A stretch of 64,000 bases of DNA from the human T2T-CHM13v2.0 reference genome, Homo sapiens, in the NCBI RefSeq assembly GCF_009914755.1, contig NC_060945.1; one strand, 5' to 3'. Position 1 is the stretch's first letter. Each line of letters begins with the position of its first letter. The notes under the pieces were generated by a model. That model worked only from the letters and a program-made list of their open reading frames with translations, was not told the DNA's origin and did no database searches. Shown piece by piece: positions 1-12,725 of the stretch. A program made the position numbers and the translations under genes.

Positions 1-144
1 TACTCGGGAGGCTGAGGCGGGAGAATGGCATGAACCCAGGAGGCGGAGCTGGCAGTGAGCCGAGATGGTGCCACTGCACTCCAGCCTGGGTGACAGAGCG
101 AGACTCCATCTCAAATAAATAAATAAATAAATAAATAAATAAAA
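1..144 (+). mobile_element. AluY-like SINE, right arm (cut by window edge) with (TAAA)n tail
   Basis: GGAGAATGGCATGAACCCAGGAGGCGGAGCT resembles the AluY diagnostic segment; tail is a TAAA repeat at 113-144. Confidence 0.9.
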
Positions 145-1501
145 GATGTGTGTGGGAAACAGCAATTTCCTTCCTCTTCATCCCCCTTTTACTAGGGACC
201 AGTTGTAAGGTCTTCCTCAGCACCAGTAAGGGAATGCCATTTATCCCTTTGGGATCCAAGAGTTTGGATAAATGCTAACCCAAAGGTGACAGGTTCTGTC
301 CTAAACATCAAATGCCTTGAAGAAAGTCCAGTTTCACTGTGTTCCAGGAATCAATGCCAAGAACAGAAGCCAAGTACAGTTGGATTGACATGAAAGAAAT
401 TCTATTCTTAGGGTGACTTAGCAGCAAGAGTCAAGATCCATAGAACCTGGAATAGAATAAAGTGCCAGAGATAGGGTGGCAAAAGTTACAGAATACATCT
501 GCCAAGAAAAAAGAGACTGTCTTTCATTTTTGTAAGGAATCATTTTCCCCACTTTTGCTTCTATTTGTTTAACAACAAAATGAACGTAATGGTCCTTTAG
601 CCTTTAATTTTAGAACTAAAAGAAGATAAATTAAGCCATAAGACAAAACCAGATTAAGAATCACCACAGTGGAAAGGGATAATCAGAAGGTTAAATAATA
701 TGTTCTTTGCACTTAAGGGCAATACTTTGTTTTATTAATGTATTTATATCTATTTCTATCCCAAAGTATGTTGTATTGTGCCCATTTCCCTTTTACCAGG
801 TACATGTGTGGACTTTTTGAGTGGTATTACCAAAGACTAGTTTATTAAAATGTTACTTAAGATGTTGGCAGTATTTTAGAAATCTGAAACCTATTTCAGA
901 ATATAAAGTTGTCAAAGGAGCACTAAGTAAGATGAAGGAACATGGATTTTTTTTACCTGCTTTTGTTATGAACTGGTTATGTATATTTTGGCAACTGTGT
1001 ACACTCCCTAGCCCTTTTCAGCTGTAATGTGATGGCTTTGGACCAGATGGCTCTAAACTCTTTCCAGTTCCAACAGCAATGAATATGCTTAGGCTTCCTC
1101 TTGGTTCACATTCCACCAGGCAACATGGGCGTGCAGCACATTTAACTTTCCTCTTCAGCCTGGCATAAGCCATAGCTTTTGGGGAAGAATGAAAGCAGCT
1201 AGTTTTTACCCCACTCCTTCCTTCTTACTTCATATGTTTTCATTCCTAGAATAATTTCATGCATTTCTAAATTTTGCTTCAACAAGTCACGGCCAGCACT
1301 TCACCTGAAACAGCAGAGAGCACCCCACAGTAAACAAAAATCACATCTATACCCACCTGCTTATGCTGCAGCTGGCTGTTACCTGCAAATGTCATCTTCT
1401 GTCATGTAGGTTGAACCACACAGCCCAATATAAAACCAGCTGACAGAAGTGCGTAGGACCATAACAGCAAAGCCAAAAAATCCCACCCAACACTTTCCCA
1501 G

Positions 1502-2530
1502 ATGAGAAGAAACCAGCATAAGAATTCTGCCTCTGTGAAAAACCTCAATGTTGTGACACCATCAAAGGTTCACTCTAGCTCCCCAGTAAGTTTCTAGCCA
1601 AAATGGAGGCACAGAGGTGACAGATAGAGAGTTCAAAGCATGGATTGCAGGGAATCGCAACAAGATCCAGGGCAAGGTTGAAAATCAACACAAAGAAACT
1701 TCTAAAGCAATCCAGGAAATAAAAGAAGAGATAAACACTTAAAAAAAAATCAATCAGAGCTACTGGAACTGAAAACCTCACTTAGGGAATTTCAAAATAT
1801 AATTGAAAGCTTTATCAGTGGACTAGACCAAGCAGAAGAGCTTGAAAATCAGTCTTTCAAACTAAACCAAACAAAAATAAAGAAAAAAGAATTTTAAAAA
1901 ATGAACCAAGTCTTCGAGAAAAATGGGATTATGTAAGGTGACCAAATCTATAAGTTACTGGTATTCCTGAGAGAGAAGCACCGAAAAGTAAACAACCCAG
2001 AAAATATACTTGAGGGAATAATTCAAGAAAATTTCCCTAAGCTGGCTAGAGGGGTAGACATGCAAATACAAGAAATCCAGAGAACAACTGTGAGTTACTA
2101 TACAAAATGAACATCATCAAGACCTGTAGTCACCAGGCTAAGATCAGTCCTAAAAAAAAAATTCTTAAAGGCAGCTAAAAAAATGGTAAGATCACATACA
2201 AGGCCATCCAATCAGGCTAACAGCATACCTCTCAGCAGAAACCCTATAAGCCAGAAGAGACCGAGGACCTATTTTCAGCATTCTCAAAGAAAAGGAGCTT
2301 CAACGAATAATTTCATACCCCACCAAAGCTTCATAAGTGGATAAATGAATTCTTTTTTAGACAAGTAATCAATAAGGAAATTCATTACAACTCAACTAGC
2401 CTTACAAGAGAGTCGTAAGGGAGTTCTAAACATGGAGAGAAAAGACTTATGCCTGTTTCCACAAATCACACCTAACTACCTAGGCCTTTTAAAGCATCTA
2501 CACAATACAAACTACAAAACAACCAGCTAA
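1502..2530 (+). pseudogene. L1 ORF1 relic (frameshifted)
   Basis: Starts ATGAGAAGAAACCAGCATAAG, contains TGGGATTATGTAAGG (WDYV motif), ends CAACCAGCTAA; no long open frame. Confidence 0.75.
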
Positions 2531-2537
2531 CAACTTC

Positions 2538-5500
2538 ATGATAGAATAAAAACCTCACTTATCAATATTAACTTTGAACATAAATGATCTTAATGCCCCA
2601 TTTAAAAGGCACAGAGGGTCAAGTTGAATAATAAAACAAGATGTATCTGTCTACCATCTTCAAGGAGTACATCTCTCACATAATGAAATCTATAGACTCA
2701 AAGGGTTAGAGAAAGATCTATCATACAAACAGAAAACAAACAATAAGCAGGAGCCACTATTCTTATATCAGATAAAATAGACTTTAAACAAACAACAGTA
2801 ACAAAGAACAAAATATTATCAAAAATGTTCAATCTAACAAGATGAGTTAACTATCTGAAATATATATGCACCTAACATCGGAGCACCCAGATACACAAAA
2901 CAAGTTCTTCCAGAGCTACAAAAAGACTTGGAGAGCCACACAGGAATAGTGGGGGACTTCAATACTCCACTGATAGTGTTAGATCACTTAGACAGAAAAC
3001 TAAAAAAGCTATTCTGGGCTTGCATTTTACACTTGAACAATTGGACCTATTAAACATCTACAGAACACTCCACCCATCAACCATAGAATGTACCTTCTTT
3101 TCATCTGTTCATGGAACGTATTCTAAGATTGATGATATGCTCAACCAAGAAGGAAGTGTCAAATCAAAAAAAAAATCATACCAACCGTACTTTCAGACCA
3201 CAGTGAAATAAAAATACAAATCAATACCAAGAAGATCTCTTAAAACCACACAGTTACATGGAAATTGAACAACTTGTTCCTGCTCCTGGATGACTTTTGG
3301 GCAAGCAATGAAGTTAAGGCAGCAATTAAAAACAATCTTTAAAATAAATGAAAACACAGACACAACATACCAAAATCTCTGGAATGCAGCTAAAATATTA
3401 AGAGGAAAGCTTATAATACTAAATGTCTACATCAAGAAGTTAGATCTCGAATTAGCAATCTAACATCACAGCTGGAGGAACTTAAAAAAAGAACAAACTA
3501 ACCCTAAAGGTATTAGCGAAAACAAATAACTGAAATGAGATCAGAACTGAAAAAAGTTGAAACCCCAAAATCCATACAAAACATCAATGAAACCAAAAGC
3601 TGCTTATTTGAAAGGATAAACAAGATTGATAGACAGCTAGCTAGATTAATTAAGAAAAGTAGAGAGAGGATCCAAATAAGCATAATCAAAAAGAACAAAG
3701 GTGACATTACAACCAAGCCCACGGAAATAAAAAAATATTCCCAGAGACTATTATGAACACCTCTATGCACACAAACTAGAAAATCTAGAGGAAATGGACA
3801 AATTTCTGGAAATATACAACCTTCCAAGACTGAGGCAGGGAGAAATTGAAACTCTGAACAGACCAATATAAAGTTACAAAATTGAATCAATAGTTTAAAA
3901 AAAAAAACCTTCCAATCAAAAAGAGCCCTAGACCAGATGGATTTCAGCTGAATTCTACCAGATTTACAAAGAACAGGTAGCAATCCTACTGAAACTATTC
4001 CAAAAAACCGAGGAAGAGAGACTTCTCCCCAACTTATTCAGTGAAGCCAGAATCACATTGATACCAAAATCGGGCAAAGACAAAACAAAAAAGAGAAAGG
4101 CACAGGCCAGTAGTCCCTGATTAACATAGATGAAAAATCTTCAAGAAAATACTAGCTGACTAAATCCTGCAGCACATCAAAAGTTAATTCATTGTGATGA
4201 AGTAGGCTTGATTCCTCAGAGCTGGTTCAATATGTGCAAATAAATAAATGTGATTCACCACACAAACAGAATTTTAAAAAAATATTATCATGTAAATAGA
4301 TGTAAGAAAACTTTTGATAAAATCCAATACCACTTTATGATAAAAACCCTCAACAAATTAGGCATCATAGGAACATACCTCAAAATAGTAAGAGCTTGTA
4401 TAACATTCCACAACCAACATCATAGTGAAAGGGCAAAAGATGGAAGAATTTTATGTAAGAATTGGAACAAGTCAAAGATACTTGCTCTTTCCAGTCATAT
4501 TCAACAGAGTACTGGAAGTCCTTGCCAGATCGTTCAGGCAAAAGATAGAAAAAAAGGTACCCTGATAGAAAAAGTAGAAGTCAAAAGATCTCTCTTCACT
4601 GATGACATAATTCTATATCTAGAAAATCCCAAATACTCCACTAAAAGACCTCTAGAACTGATAAATGACTTCAGTAGGGTTTTAGGATCCAAAGTAAATG
4701 CAGAAAAATCAGTAGCATTTCTATACACCAATAATGCTCAACCTTAGAGCCAAATCGATAACACAATTTCATTTACAATAGCCACACACTCACCCAAAAT
4801 AAAATACCTAGGAATACATATAATCAAGGTGGTGGAAAATCTTTACAAGGGAAACTACAAACACTGCTGAAGGAAATCATAGATGATACAAACAAATGGA
4901 AAAACATCTCATACTCATTAATTGGAAGAATCATTATGGTTAAAATGGCCATACTGCCCAAAGCAATCTACAGATTCAAGGCTATTTCCATCAAACTACC
5001 AATATCATTTTTCACAGAATTGGAAAAAAATTTTCTAAAATTCATATGGAACCAAAAAAGAGCCCAAATAGCCAAAGCAATTCTAAGAAAGAAAAACAAA
5101 GATGGAGGCATCACACTACCTGACTTCAAAAAATAGTTTATGGTTACAGTAACCCAAACAGCATGGTATTGGTACAAAAACAGACACATAGACCAATGAA
5201 CATAATAAGAACCCATAAGTGAAGCCACACACCTACAAGCATCTGATCTTCAATGATTTTGACAATAACAGGCAATAGGAAAAGAACTCTCTTTGAATAA
5301 GTAGTGCTGGAAAAACTGTCTAGCCATATGCAAAGAATAAAGCTTGACTCCCGTATTTCACAATATATAAAAATTAATACAAGATAAATTAGAGACTTAA
5401 CTATAAAACCAAAAACTATAAAATCCTAGAAAAGAATTTAGAAAAAACCATTCTGGGCACTGGTCTTGGCATTCATGACTAACACCCCAGAAGCAATTGC

Positions 5501-6342
5501 AACAAAAACAAAAATAGACAAGTGGGACCTAATTAAACTAAAGAACTTCTGCACATCAAAAGAAACTATCAACAGAGTAAAAAAACAACCTACAGAATGG
5601 GAGAAAATATTTGTAAACTATGCATCCAGCAATGGTCTTATATAAAAAACCTATAAGGAACTTAAATAAATAAGCAAAAAACAAACAGTCTCATTAAAAA
5701 ATAAACAAAAGAGATGAACAGACACATCTCGAAAGAAGACATACATGTGGCCAGGAAATATATAAAATAATTCTCAACAGCTCTAGTCATCAGAGGAAGA
5801 CAATCAAAACCACAATGTGATACCTACCATCTCACAGCAGTCTGAGTGGCTACTATTAAAAAGTCAAAAAATAGCACATGTTGGTCAAGCTGTGGAGACA
5901 AGGAATTGCTCATACACTCTTGGTGGAAATGTAAATTAATTCAGCCACTGTGGAAAGCAGTTTGGAGTTTTCTCACTGTGGAAAGCAGTTTGGAGTTTTC
6001 TCAAAGAACTTAAAACAGAACTTAAAACCATTCAACCTAGCAATCCCATTACTGGGTATATGCTCAAAGGAAAATAAATGTTCTACCAGAAAAACACACG
6101 TCTCAGATGTTCATTGTAACACTATTCACAATAGCAAAGACATACAATTAACCTAGGTTCCCATCACCATTGGGCCGGATAAATGTGGTACATATATATC
6201 ATGGAATACTGCACTGCCATATAAAAGAATGATATTATTTTTTGCAGCAACATGGATGCAGCTGGAGACCATCATCCTGAGCAAATTAATGCAGGGACAG
6301 AAAACCATACACTGCATGTTCTCACTTATAAATGGGAACTAA
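2538..6342 (+). pseudogene. L1 ORF2 (endonuclease/reverse transcriptase) relic with many stops and frameshifts
   Basis: ORF fragments 3020-3211, 3535-3756, 4250-4747 and 4936-5136 resemble ORF2p; endonuclease GGGGACTTCAATACTCCAC (GDFNTP) near 2952. Confidence 0.85.
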
Positions 6343-7142
6343 GCATTGAGTACAGATGAACATAAAGATGGGAACAACAGATTCTTGGGGCTATTTGAGG
6401 GGAGGGTGGGGGGAGGGTGAGTGTTGAAAAGCTATCTATCAGTCGCCATGCTCACTGCCTGCGTGATGGGATCACTCATACAGCAAACCTCAGTGACATG
6501 CAATTTGCCCATGTAACAAACCTGAACATGTACTCCCTAAAACTAAAATGAGTTGAAAAAAAATTTAAGATAGTTCTGAGAAATTCCCAGCAAACCTTTG
6601 GCTTGCTTGTTGGGTTTGTGAGTCTACACCCACTTTCTTTTTTACCTCTTTTACTTATTTCCCCTTTCTTCTCCAGAATGGTTTAGATGAACATATTCTG
6701 TCATATTCTATTTGCTTTTTCTTCAGTATTATACAACTTTTACACACATTAGACTGCATACCAAAGATATGTAAATATAGATTCTTCAACTATACACTTG
6801 TTCCATCATGTCCCAAATAAACCCATTTCTAAAAGCATTAACAAACTGGAATTTATCTGGAAGAGCTAATACAGATGGTTCTCTATTTTTCAAGTACAGT
6901 GAATTTTCTCTGGCAGTGAGGAATGGGAACATCCAACATCTGAGCTCATGGTGGCTCAGGCCACATGGAAGCTGCTGCCATGTTGCCTTGTCATCTGCAG
7001 CTTGGCATCACTTAATGGGTTCTTCATTTCTCTCTCATTTTGTGGGCACACTTCAGCAGTAGCTCAAGACACTCAACAGTTTGTATTCTACATTCATTTA
7101 TAATTGATCTTTGTAAAACAAATATAAGAAATTTAAGACCAG

Positions 7143-7537
7143 CTAATTGGCTGGTCTTAAAATGGGGAGATTATTCTGGATGATTCTGCTGGGCCCAATA
7201 TAATCAGAAGGATCCTTAAAAGTGAAAGAGGGAAGCAAAAGAAAAATCAGAGTTATGCAAAGTGAATAGGATTTGACCTGCTGTTGCTGGCTTTAAAAAT
7301 GGAGGAAGGCACCATGATCAAAGGAATACAGCAGCCTCTAGATGCAGAAAAAGAGAAGGAATCACATTCTCTTCTAGGACTTCCAGGAAGAATGCAGTCC
7401 TGCCAACAGTTTCTTTTTAGCCTAGTGATATCCAAGCCAGACTTCTGACCTGCAGAACTAGAAGATAATAAACATGTGTTATTCCAAGCCACTAAATTTG
7501 TGGTGATTTTTCACCACTGCAATGAAAAACTAAAATA
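7143..7537 (+). mobile_element. MLT1D/E MaLR LTR, 5'-truncated
   Basis: GGGAGATTATTCTGGAT...GGGCCCAATATAATC and 3' end AAGCCACTAAATTTGTGG...AAAACTAAAATA. Confidence 0.8.
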
Positions 7538-7782
7538 GCATCATATGATTAGTGTCAATGAGAGGTTAAAACCAGCCAAAAGATGGAGAGACAATGTATG
7601 AGTACTTTTTTGAACTTAAAAGCACTATTGAAATAGAAGTCCATTCTTTACTGTAAAAAAGTAAAAACAACAAAAAGGATAATAATACTTAGTACTTATC
7701 TCATAAAGTTGTAATAAACATTAAGTATTCCCCTTTCTCTTGAATATAAAACAAATATATAATAGGTCAGGTGTGTGTATGT

Positions 7783-8032
7783 TTATATATATAAATATAT
7801 AATATATAAAAATATGTTTATAAATATATAAAAATATATGTTTATAAATATATAAAAATATATGTTTATAAATATATAAAAATATATGTCTATAAATATA
7901 TAAAAATATATGTCTATAAATATATAAAAATATATGTTTATAAATATATAAAAATATATATAAATACATATAAAATATATAATATTTATGAATATATAAA
8001 TATATAAATAAACAAGTATATACAGATATATA
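7783..8032. repeat. AT-rich minisatellite, 24-bp unit AAATATATAAAAATATATGT(T/C)TAT
   Basis: About 5-6 near-identical units; gives the spurious YKHIFLYI-repeat ORF 7721-7969. Confidence 0.9.
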
Positions 8033-8044
8033 ATTCAGTATTCA

Positions 8045-8463
8045 ATTAGGAAAGCAGAAAAATTCCACATAAATATAATATTGAACACTAATTACACAGG
8101 TAAGGGAAGAACTGGGAAGCCAAACAGGAAATGCTGAGACACTCTAGAGATTAACAAGAGCGGGAAGTCACCAGTACCCCCAGGGCTAGAAGGGCAACAG
8201 AAGGAAGTGGCATTCCCAAACCCCAGATTCTGGTCATCCCACGGAGGCCATACCCTCCATGGGTGCTGGTGTGTGGTGCAGACTGTGTACCAAGCAAGAG
8301 CTGGAGTTTGAAAGGAGATGCTGCTGTCCAAGAGAAAGAGAAGGAGAATTGTCCTGTCTTCATCTTTCCTTCCATCATCTAATCTCACATCAGTGCCACC
8401 CGTTGGTTGAATCCAGCAAGAAACCAGCTGAAGTAAGTGCCTGGGAAGTGTAGCCCTCCTGTC
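8045..8463 (-). mobile_element. Old ERVL-class LTR fragment (LTR33-like)
   Basis: CAGTGCCACCCGTTGGTTGAATCCAGCAAGAAACCAGCTG...GGGAAGTGTAG resembles the reverse strand of old ERVL LTRs. Confidence 0.45.
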
Positions 8464-8850
8464 AAGAAAATGTGGCACATATACACCATGGAATACTATG
8501 CAGCCATAAAAAATGATGAGTTCATGTCCTTTGTAGGGACATGGATGAAATTGGAAAGCATCATTCTCAGTAAACTATCACAAGAACAAAAAACCAAACA
8601 CCGCATATTCTCACTCATAGGTGGGAATTGAACAATGAGATCACATGGACACAGGAAGGGGAATATCACACTCTGGGGACTGTTGTGGGGTGGGGGGACG
8701 GGGGAGGGATAGCATCGGGAGATATACCTAATGCTAGATGACGAGTTAGTGGGTGCAGCGCACGAGCATGGCACATGTATACATATGTAACTAACCTGCA
8801 CAATGTGCACATGTACCCTAAAACTTAAAGTATAATTAAAAAAAAAAAAA
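8464..8850 (+). mobile_element. Young 5'-truncated LINE-1, L1PA2-type 3' end
   Basis: Nearly identical to the L1HS 3' end (KKMWHIYTMEYYAAIK...SLIGGN) but has GAG rather than ACA/ACG at the Ta-diagnostic triplet (GATGACGAGTTAG) and CTTAAAGTATAAT. Confidence 0.92.
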
Positions 8851-8943
8851 GAAAAGAAAATTGCACCAGGAACAAAAAAAAAATAAGAAAAAAATAAAAA
8901 AATAAAAAATAAAAAGGCACATCAGTTTAGAAAAAAAAAAAAA

Positions 8944-9135
8944 GAGGGAATAGGGAGTTACTGTTTAACATGTACAGAGTTTTAGTACAGGATGATGAAA
9001 AACCCTGGAGATGTATAGTGGCGATGATCAATGTGAATGTACTCAATGCCTCTGAACTGTACACTTAACCATGCTTAAAATGGTACTTTTTATGTTATGT
9101 ATATTTTACCACAATAAAAATCAATTAAAAAAAAA
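8944..9135 (+). mobile_element. L1MB-type 3'UTR fragment
   Basis: GGGAGTTACTGTTTAA...GTACAGAGTTT...TGAACTGTACACTTAA...TATATTTTACCACAATAAAA. Confidence 0.8.
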
Positions 9136-9194
9136 CCAAAGGGAAGCAGGGGAAAGGAGAGAAATAAGAGAGAAAGAAAAAAAGTGGGTACAAA

Positions 9195-9305
9195 AATAGT
9201 CCTTACATATTGCCTTGTTGTGAGGATTAAACTATCTGAATTGTGTGAAGCACTAATATGGCACTCATTAGCGTGTATTCAGTTGATGTTTGCTATTGTT
9301 ATTAT
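9195..9305 (+). mobile_element. MIR 3' fragment
   Basis: TTGTTGTGAGGATTAAA core and TGCTATTGTTATTA tail. Confidence 0.6.
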
Positions 9306-9899
9306 TGCCTTAGCTCTAATTACACAATTAAAGTAATGAAAGTGATGCTTAAAACTTCTCACATAACCTAGGATTGTAAACCATTCTAAATGCTTTCCAA
9401 TCTATTATAGTTTCCTCTAGAGGGACATTATCATGTGCTGAGCTTTATTAGGCAACAAAACATTGCTGAAGGGTACACCAGAGACAACTTGATGAACGAG
9501 ATACAAAGCTAGCGTAATGTGACAAGTGCAAACAAATCTTCCCCTCACTCAGCTCTATCATCTTGCTTTGATCACATGTTGGTGAACTCTACAAATAACT
9601 TTTAAATTATCTTTTGAGAAAATTTAATAATCGTGCTTGGGCTGTCTCCTGAGTTTATTTAAGAAACTTATCTACTATATTGTCAGCATGGAAAACTTAA
9701 TATCTTGCCAACTAAAATATACTTGTAAGTCATTGGTAAAGTGTTTAATTTCTGTCTTGTTGCATGTCTGTGTTTGGTGTTTGCAGTTAAAAAGACTCCT
9801 ACATAGTCTTTAATTTCATTTCACTTTTCATCCTTTTAAGACATCTACATCATGTCTGAGATTCTAGCTTATTTTAGGTCATGGAAAAATTCCTGTATG

Positions 9900-10840
9900 T
9901 GTATACTGAACAGACTCTCATGTTTATCCTTCTGTATTTTTGCTGAGCTCTAGAACCATATTTAGTTACTCAGTGGGGATTTCTACTCAGTTTTCCAACA
10001 GTAAATCATGCTTACAAGGCAACACATCATTGTTAAGCACAAATCTTCTGCTTTTGACCATGGCACATGTTTGCCTATGTAACAAACCTGCACATTCTGC
10101 ACATGTATCCTGGAACGTAAAGTAAAAAGAAAAATCTTCTGCTTTTGCTCCTGTAATTTATATCTTGGTGAATGAAATCATCTTCCCCCTCCTAAAATCA
10201 GAAAGAGTCATAATAATGTCCCCCACTCACTTCCTCTTTTTCTTTCTCCTGACCCCATCCAAACAGTCAGTACATTGTGAATCCACCTTGTTCAAAAGTC
10301 TCCAATCTACTTCATCTTCTCATTTCCACAACCACTGTCTTAGTTCACTCTCATGCCACCCGTTACCCAGCAGACTCCCTAAGATATTGATCTTATCTCC
10401 TTGCTTCCAACATGACCCTTTTCCCATCTAGTCTCTAGTGTACAATTAGAATATTTTCACACACACACAATTACAACTTTTCCAAATTTAGAAGTATTTG
10501 CTTGTTTCCTATGGTTTCTAGTTAAATTTCAAAATATTAGGCTAATATGCAATGCTGATGAAATTTGTCATTGATGAACTCTATAGCATTATATCCTGTA
10601 TGTACGATTTATAGCAACAATATGAAATTACTTTTATTACTCTAAGTAGCATCCCTTCCTCAAGAATGTCTTTTCTGCAAGAGCTATCTTACTTAGATGC
10701 TTTTTTTCCTTGAATATTCCTATCACTGCAATCATCAGACAGTGCTTTCTTAGTTTTTACATGTGTGCATCTTACTTATTTGACTATAAGCTATTTAGAG
10801 GCAAATACCATGGTTCTAGATGTTTCTATTGCAAGTACCT
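9900..10840 (+). mobile_element. Highly decayed L2 LINE
   Basis: C/T-rich L2-like tracts at 10160-10440 and 3' motif TGACTATAAGCTATTTAGAGGC; boundaries approximate. Confidence 0.5.
10057..10131 (+). mobile_element. 75-bp L1PA (roughly PA8-PA13) 3'-terminal insertion with 16-bp TSD
   Basis: CCATGGCACATGTTTGCCTATGTAACAAACCTGCAC; TSD AAATCTTCTGCTTTTG at 10041-10056 and 10132-10147. Confidence 0.9.
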
Positions 10841-10844
10841 CAAA

Positions 10845-11152
10845 CTATGGTATCCAATATGGTAGTCACTAGTCACATGTCTGTTGAGAACTTGAAATGT
10901 GGCTGGCCCAAGTTGAAAGGTGATATAAGGGCAAACTACCCACCAGATTTTGAAGACCCAATATGCAAAATTAAAAAATATATTATTTTTATATTTGATT
11001 GCATGTTAAAATAATATTTGGGGCATATTAGATTAATGTTATTGCTAAAATTAATTTCATCTGTTCTTACTTTTTTATGGCTCCTACAAAATTTAAATGA
11101 CATACGTGGCTGACATTTGTGATTCTCATTAAATGTCTATGAGATGGCACTG
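10845..11152 (-). mobile_element. MER33 (hAT-Charlie MITE)
   Basis: TCCAATATGGTAGTCACTAGTCACATG...CTTGAAATGTGGCT...AAAATTAATTTCATCTG matches the reverse of MER33. Confidence 0.8.
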
Positions 11153-11350
11153 TCACAGAATAGAACAGGATCAAGAAGCATTCACAAGTGAAAACAGGCC
11201 TTTGAAGGAACACTCTGGAAAAAGTCTAGGCATTTAAACAAGATCGAGAGTGCAAACTAAAGTAGAAAAGAAAAAGAAAAATAGACCACATACTCAGCTT
11301 TGCAGTTGAGATTGAGTCGTCTAGGAAGGAGCAGCTAGAAGTCCACATAA

Positions 11351-11655
<305 letters not shown>

Positions 11656-12055
11656 CACATAAGTTGTTTTAAGCTTATTTGTCCTGGAGATGAATCTGAA
11701 TTTTGATTCTGAATCTTGTGTGTATGGGAAAGATTTTTGAAACAGGTGAATATGAGCTACTTAAACATGGAAGAGTGATACATAAATTGTTCTGGAGCCA
11801 CTTAAAGACTCTTAAAAAATAGCTGCCAAATAAATTTTTTGAAAAACAATACACCCACAATGACAAATAGAAGGGGGTAGCAGATAATAGTAATAACATT
11901 TTGGAAAAAGAAATCAGAGAGATAAGTAGTTAATAAGCAATGTGTAAGTAGAAGAATATCTCAAAGATATTAATATTCCAAGAGGGAAAACAAAACATGA
12001 ACCAAGAAATGTGTCTTATGAAGCACTTCATAAAATATGAAGAAACTCTTGGAAT

Positions 12056-12169
12056 TTCTTGAACCTGAGAGGCGGAGGTTGCAGTGAGCTGGGATTGTGC
12101 CATTGCACTCCAGCCTGGGCAACAGAGCAAGACTCCATCTAAAAAAAATAAATAAATCAATAAATAAAA
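12056..12169 (+). mobile_element. 5'-truncated AluS right-arm fragment
   Basis: TTGAACCTGAGAGGCGGAGGTTGCAGTGAGC...GACTCCATCT plus A-rich tail. Confidence 0.9.
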
Positions 12170-12407
12170 GCTCTTGATGTTAAAAATATGCTGATATAAA
12201 TGAAAAACTGAGTGGAAGAAATGGAAGATAACATTGAAGATAGCTAGAAATCAGAGCAAACAGAGACAGAAAACAGAAAAGAAGATAAGAAAATTAGATG
12301 ATTTGCTTAGGAGAGCCTAATAATAGGAGTAACAGAATGAAAAAGTTGAGAAAACAGAGATAAGAAAATTATCATAGAAATATATTTTTAAAATATATTC
12401 ATTACTA

Positions 12408-12725
<318 letters not shown>

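Larger units (their letters stand above)
1285..6563 (+). mobile_element. Near-full-length decayed LINE-1, L1PA16/L1PA17-like
   Basis: Partial 5'UTR, ORF1 and ORF2 relics. ORF track fragments match ORF2p (SLFTDDIILYLENP = RT F/YADD region; [19 protein letters not shown]). 3'UTR ends ACCTGAACATGTACTCCCTAAAACTAAAATGAGTTGAAAAAAAA. 5' boundary approximate. Confidence 0.9.

Noticed and set aside
7783-8032. CRISPR-like periodic array
   Set aside because: Spacerless AT minisatellite in primate DNA; no cas genes
8687-8709. G-quadruplex-like G-runs (also 6408-6418)
   Set aside because: Standard L1 3'UTR polypurine tract
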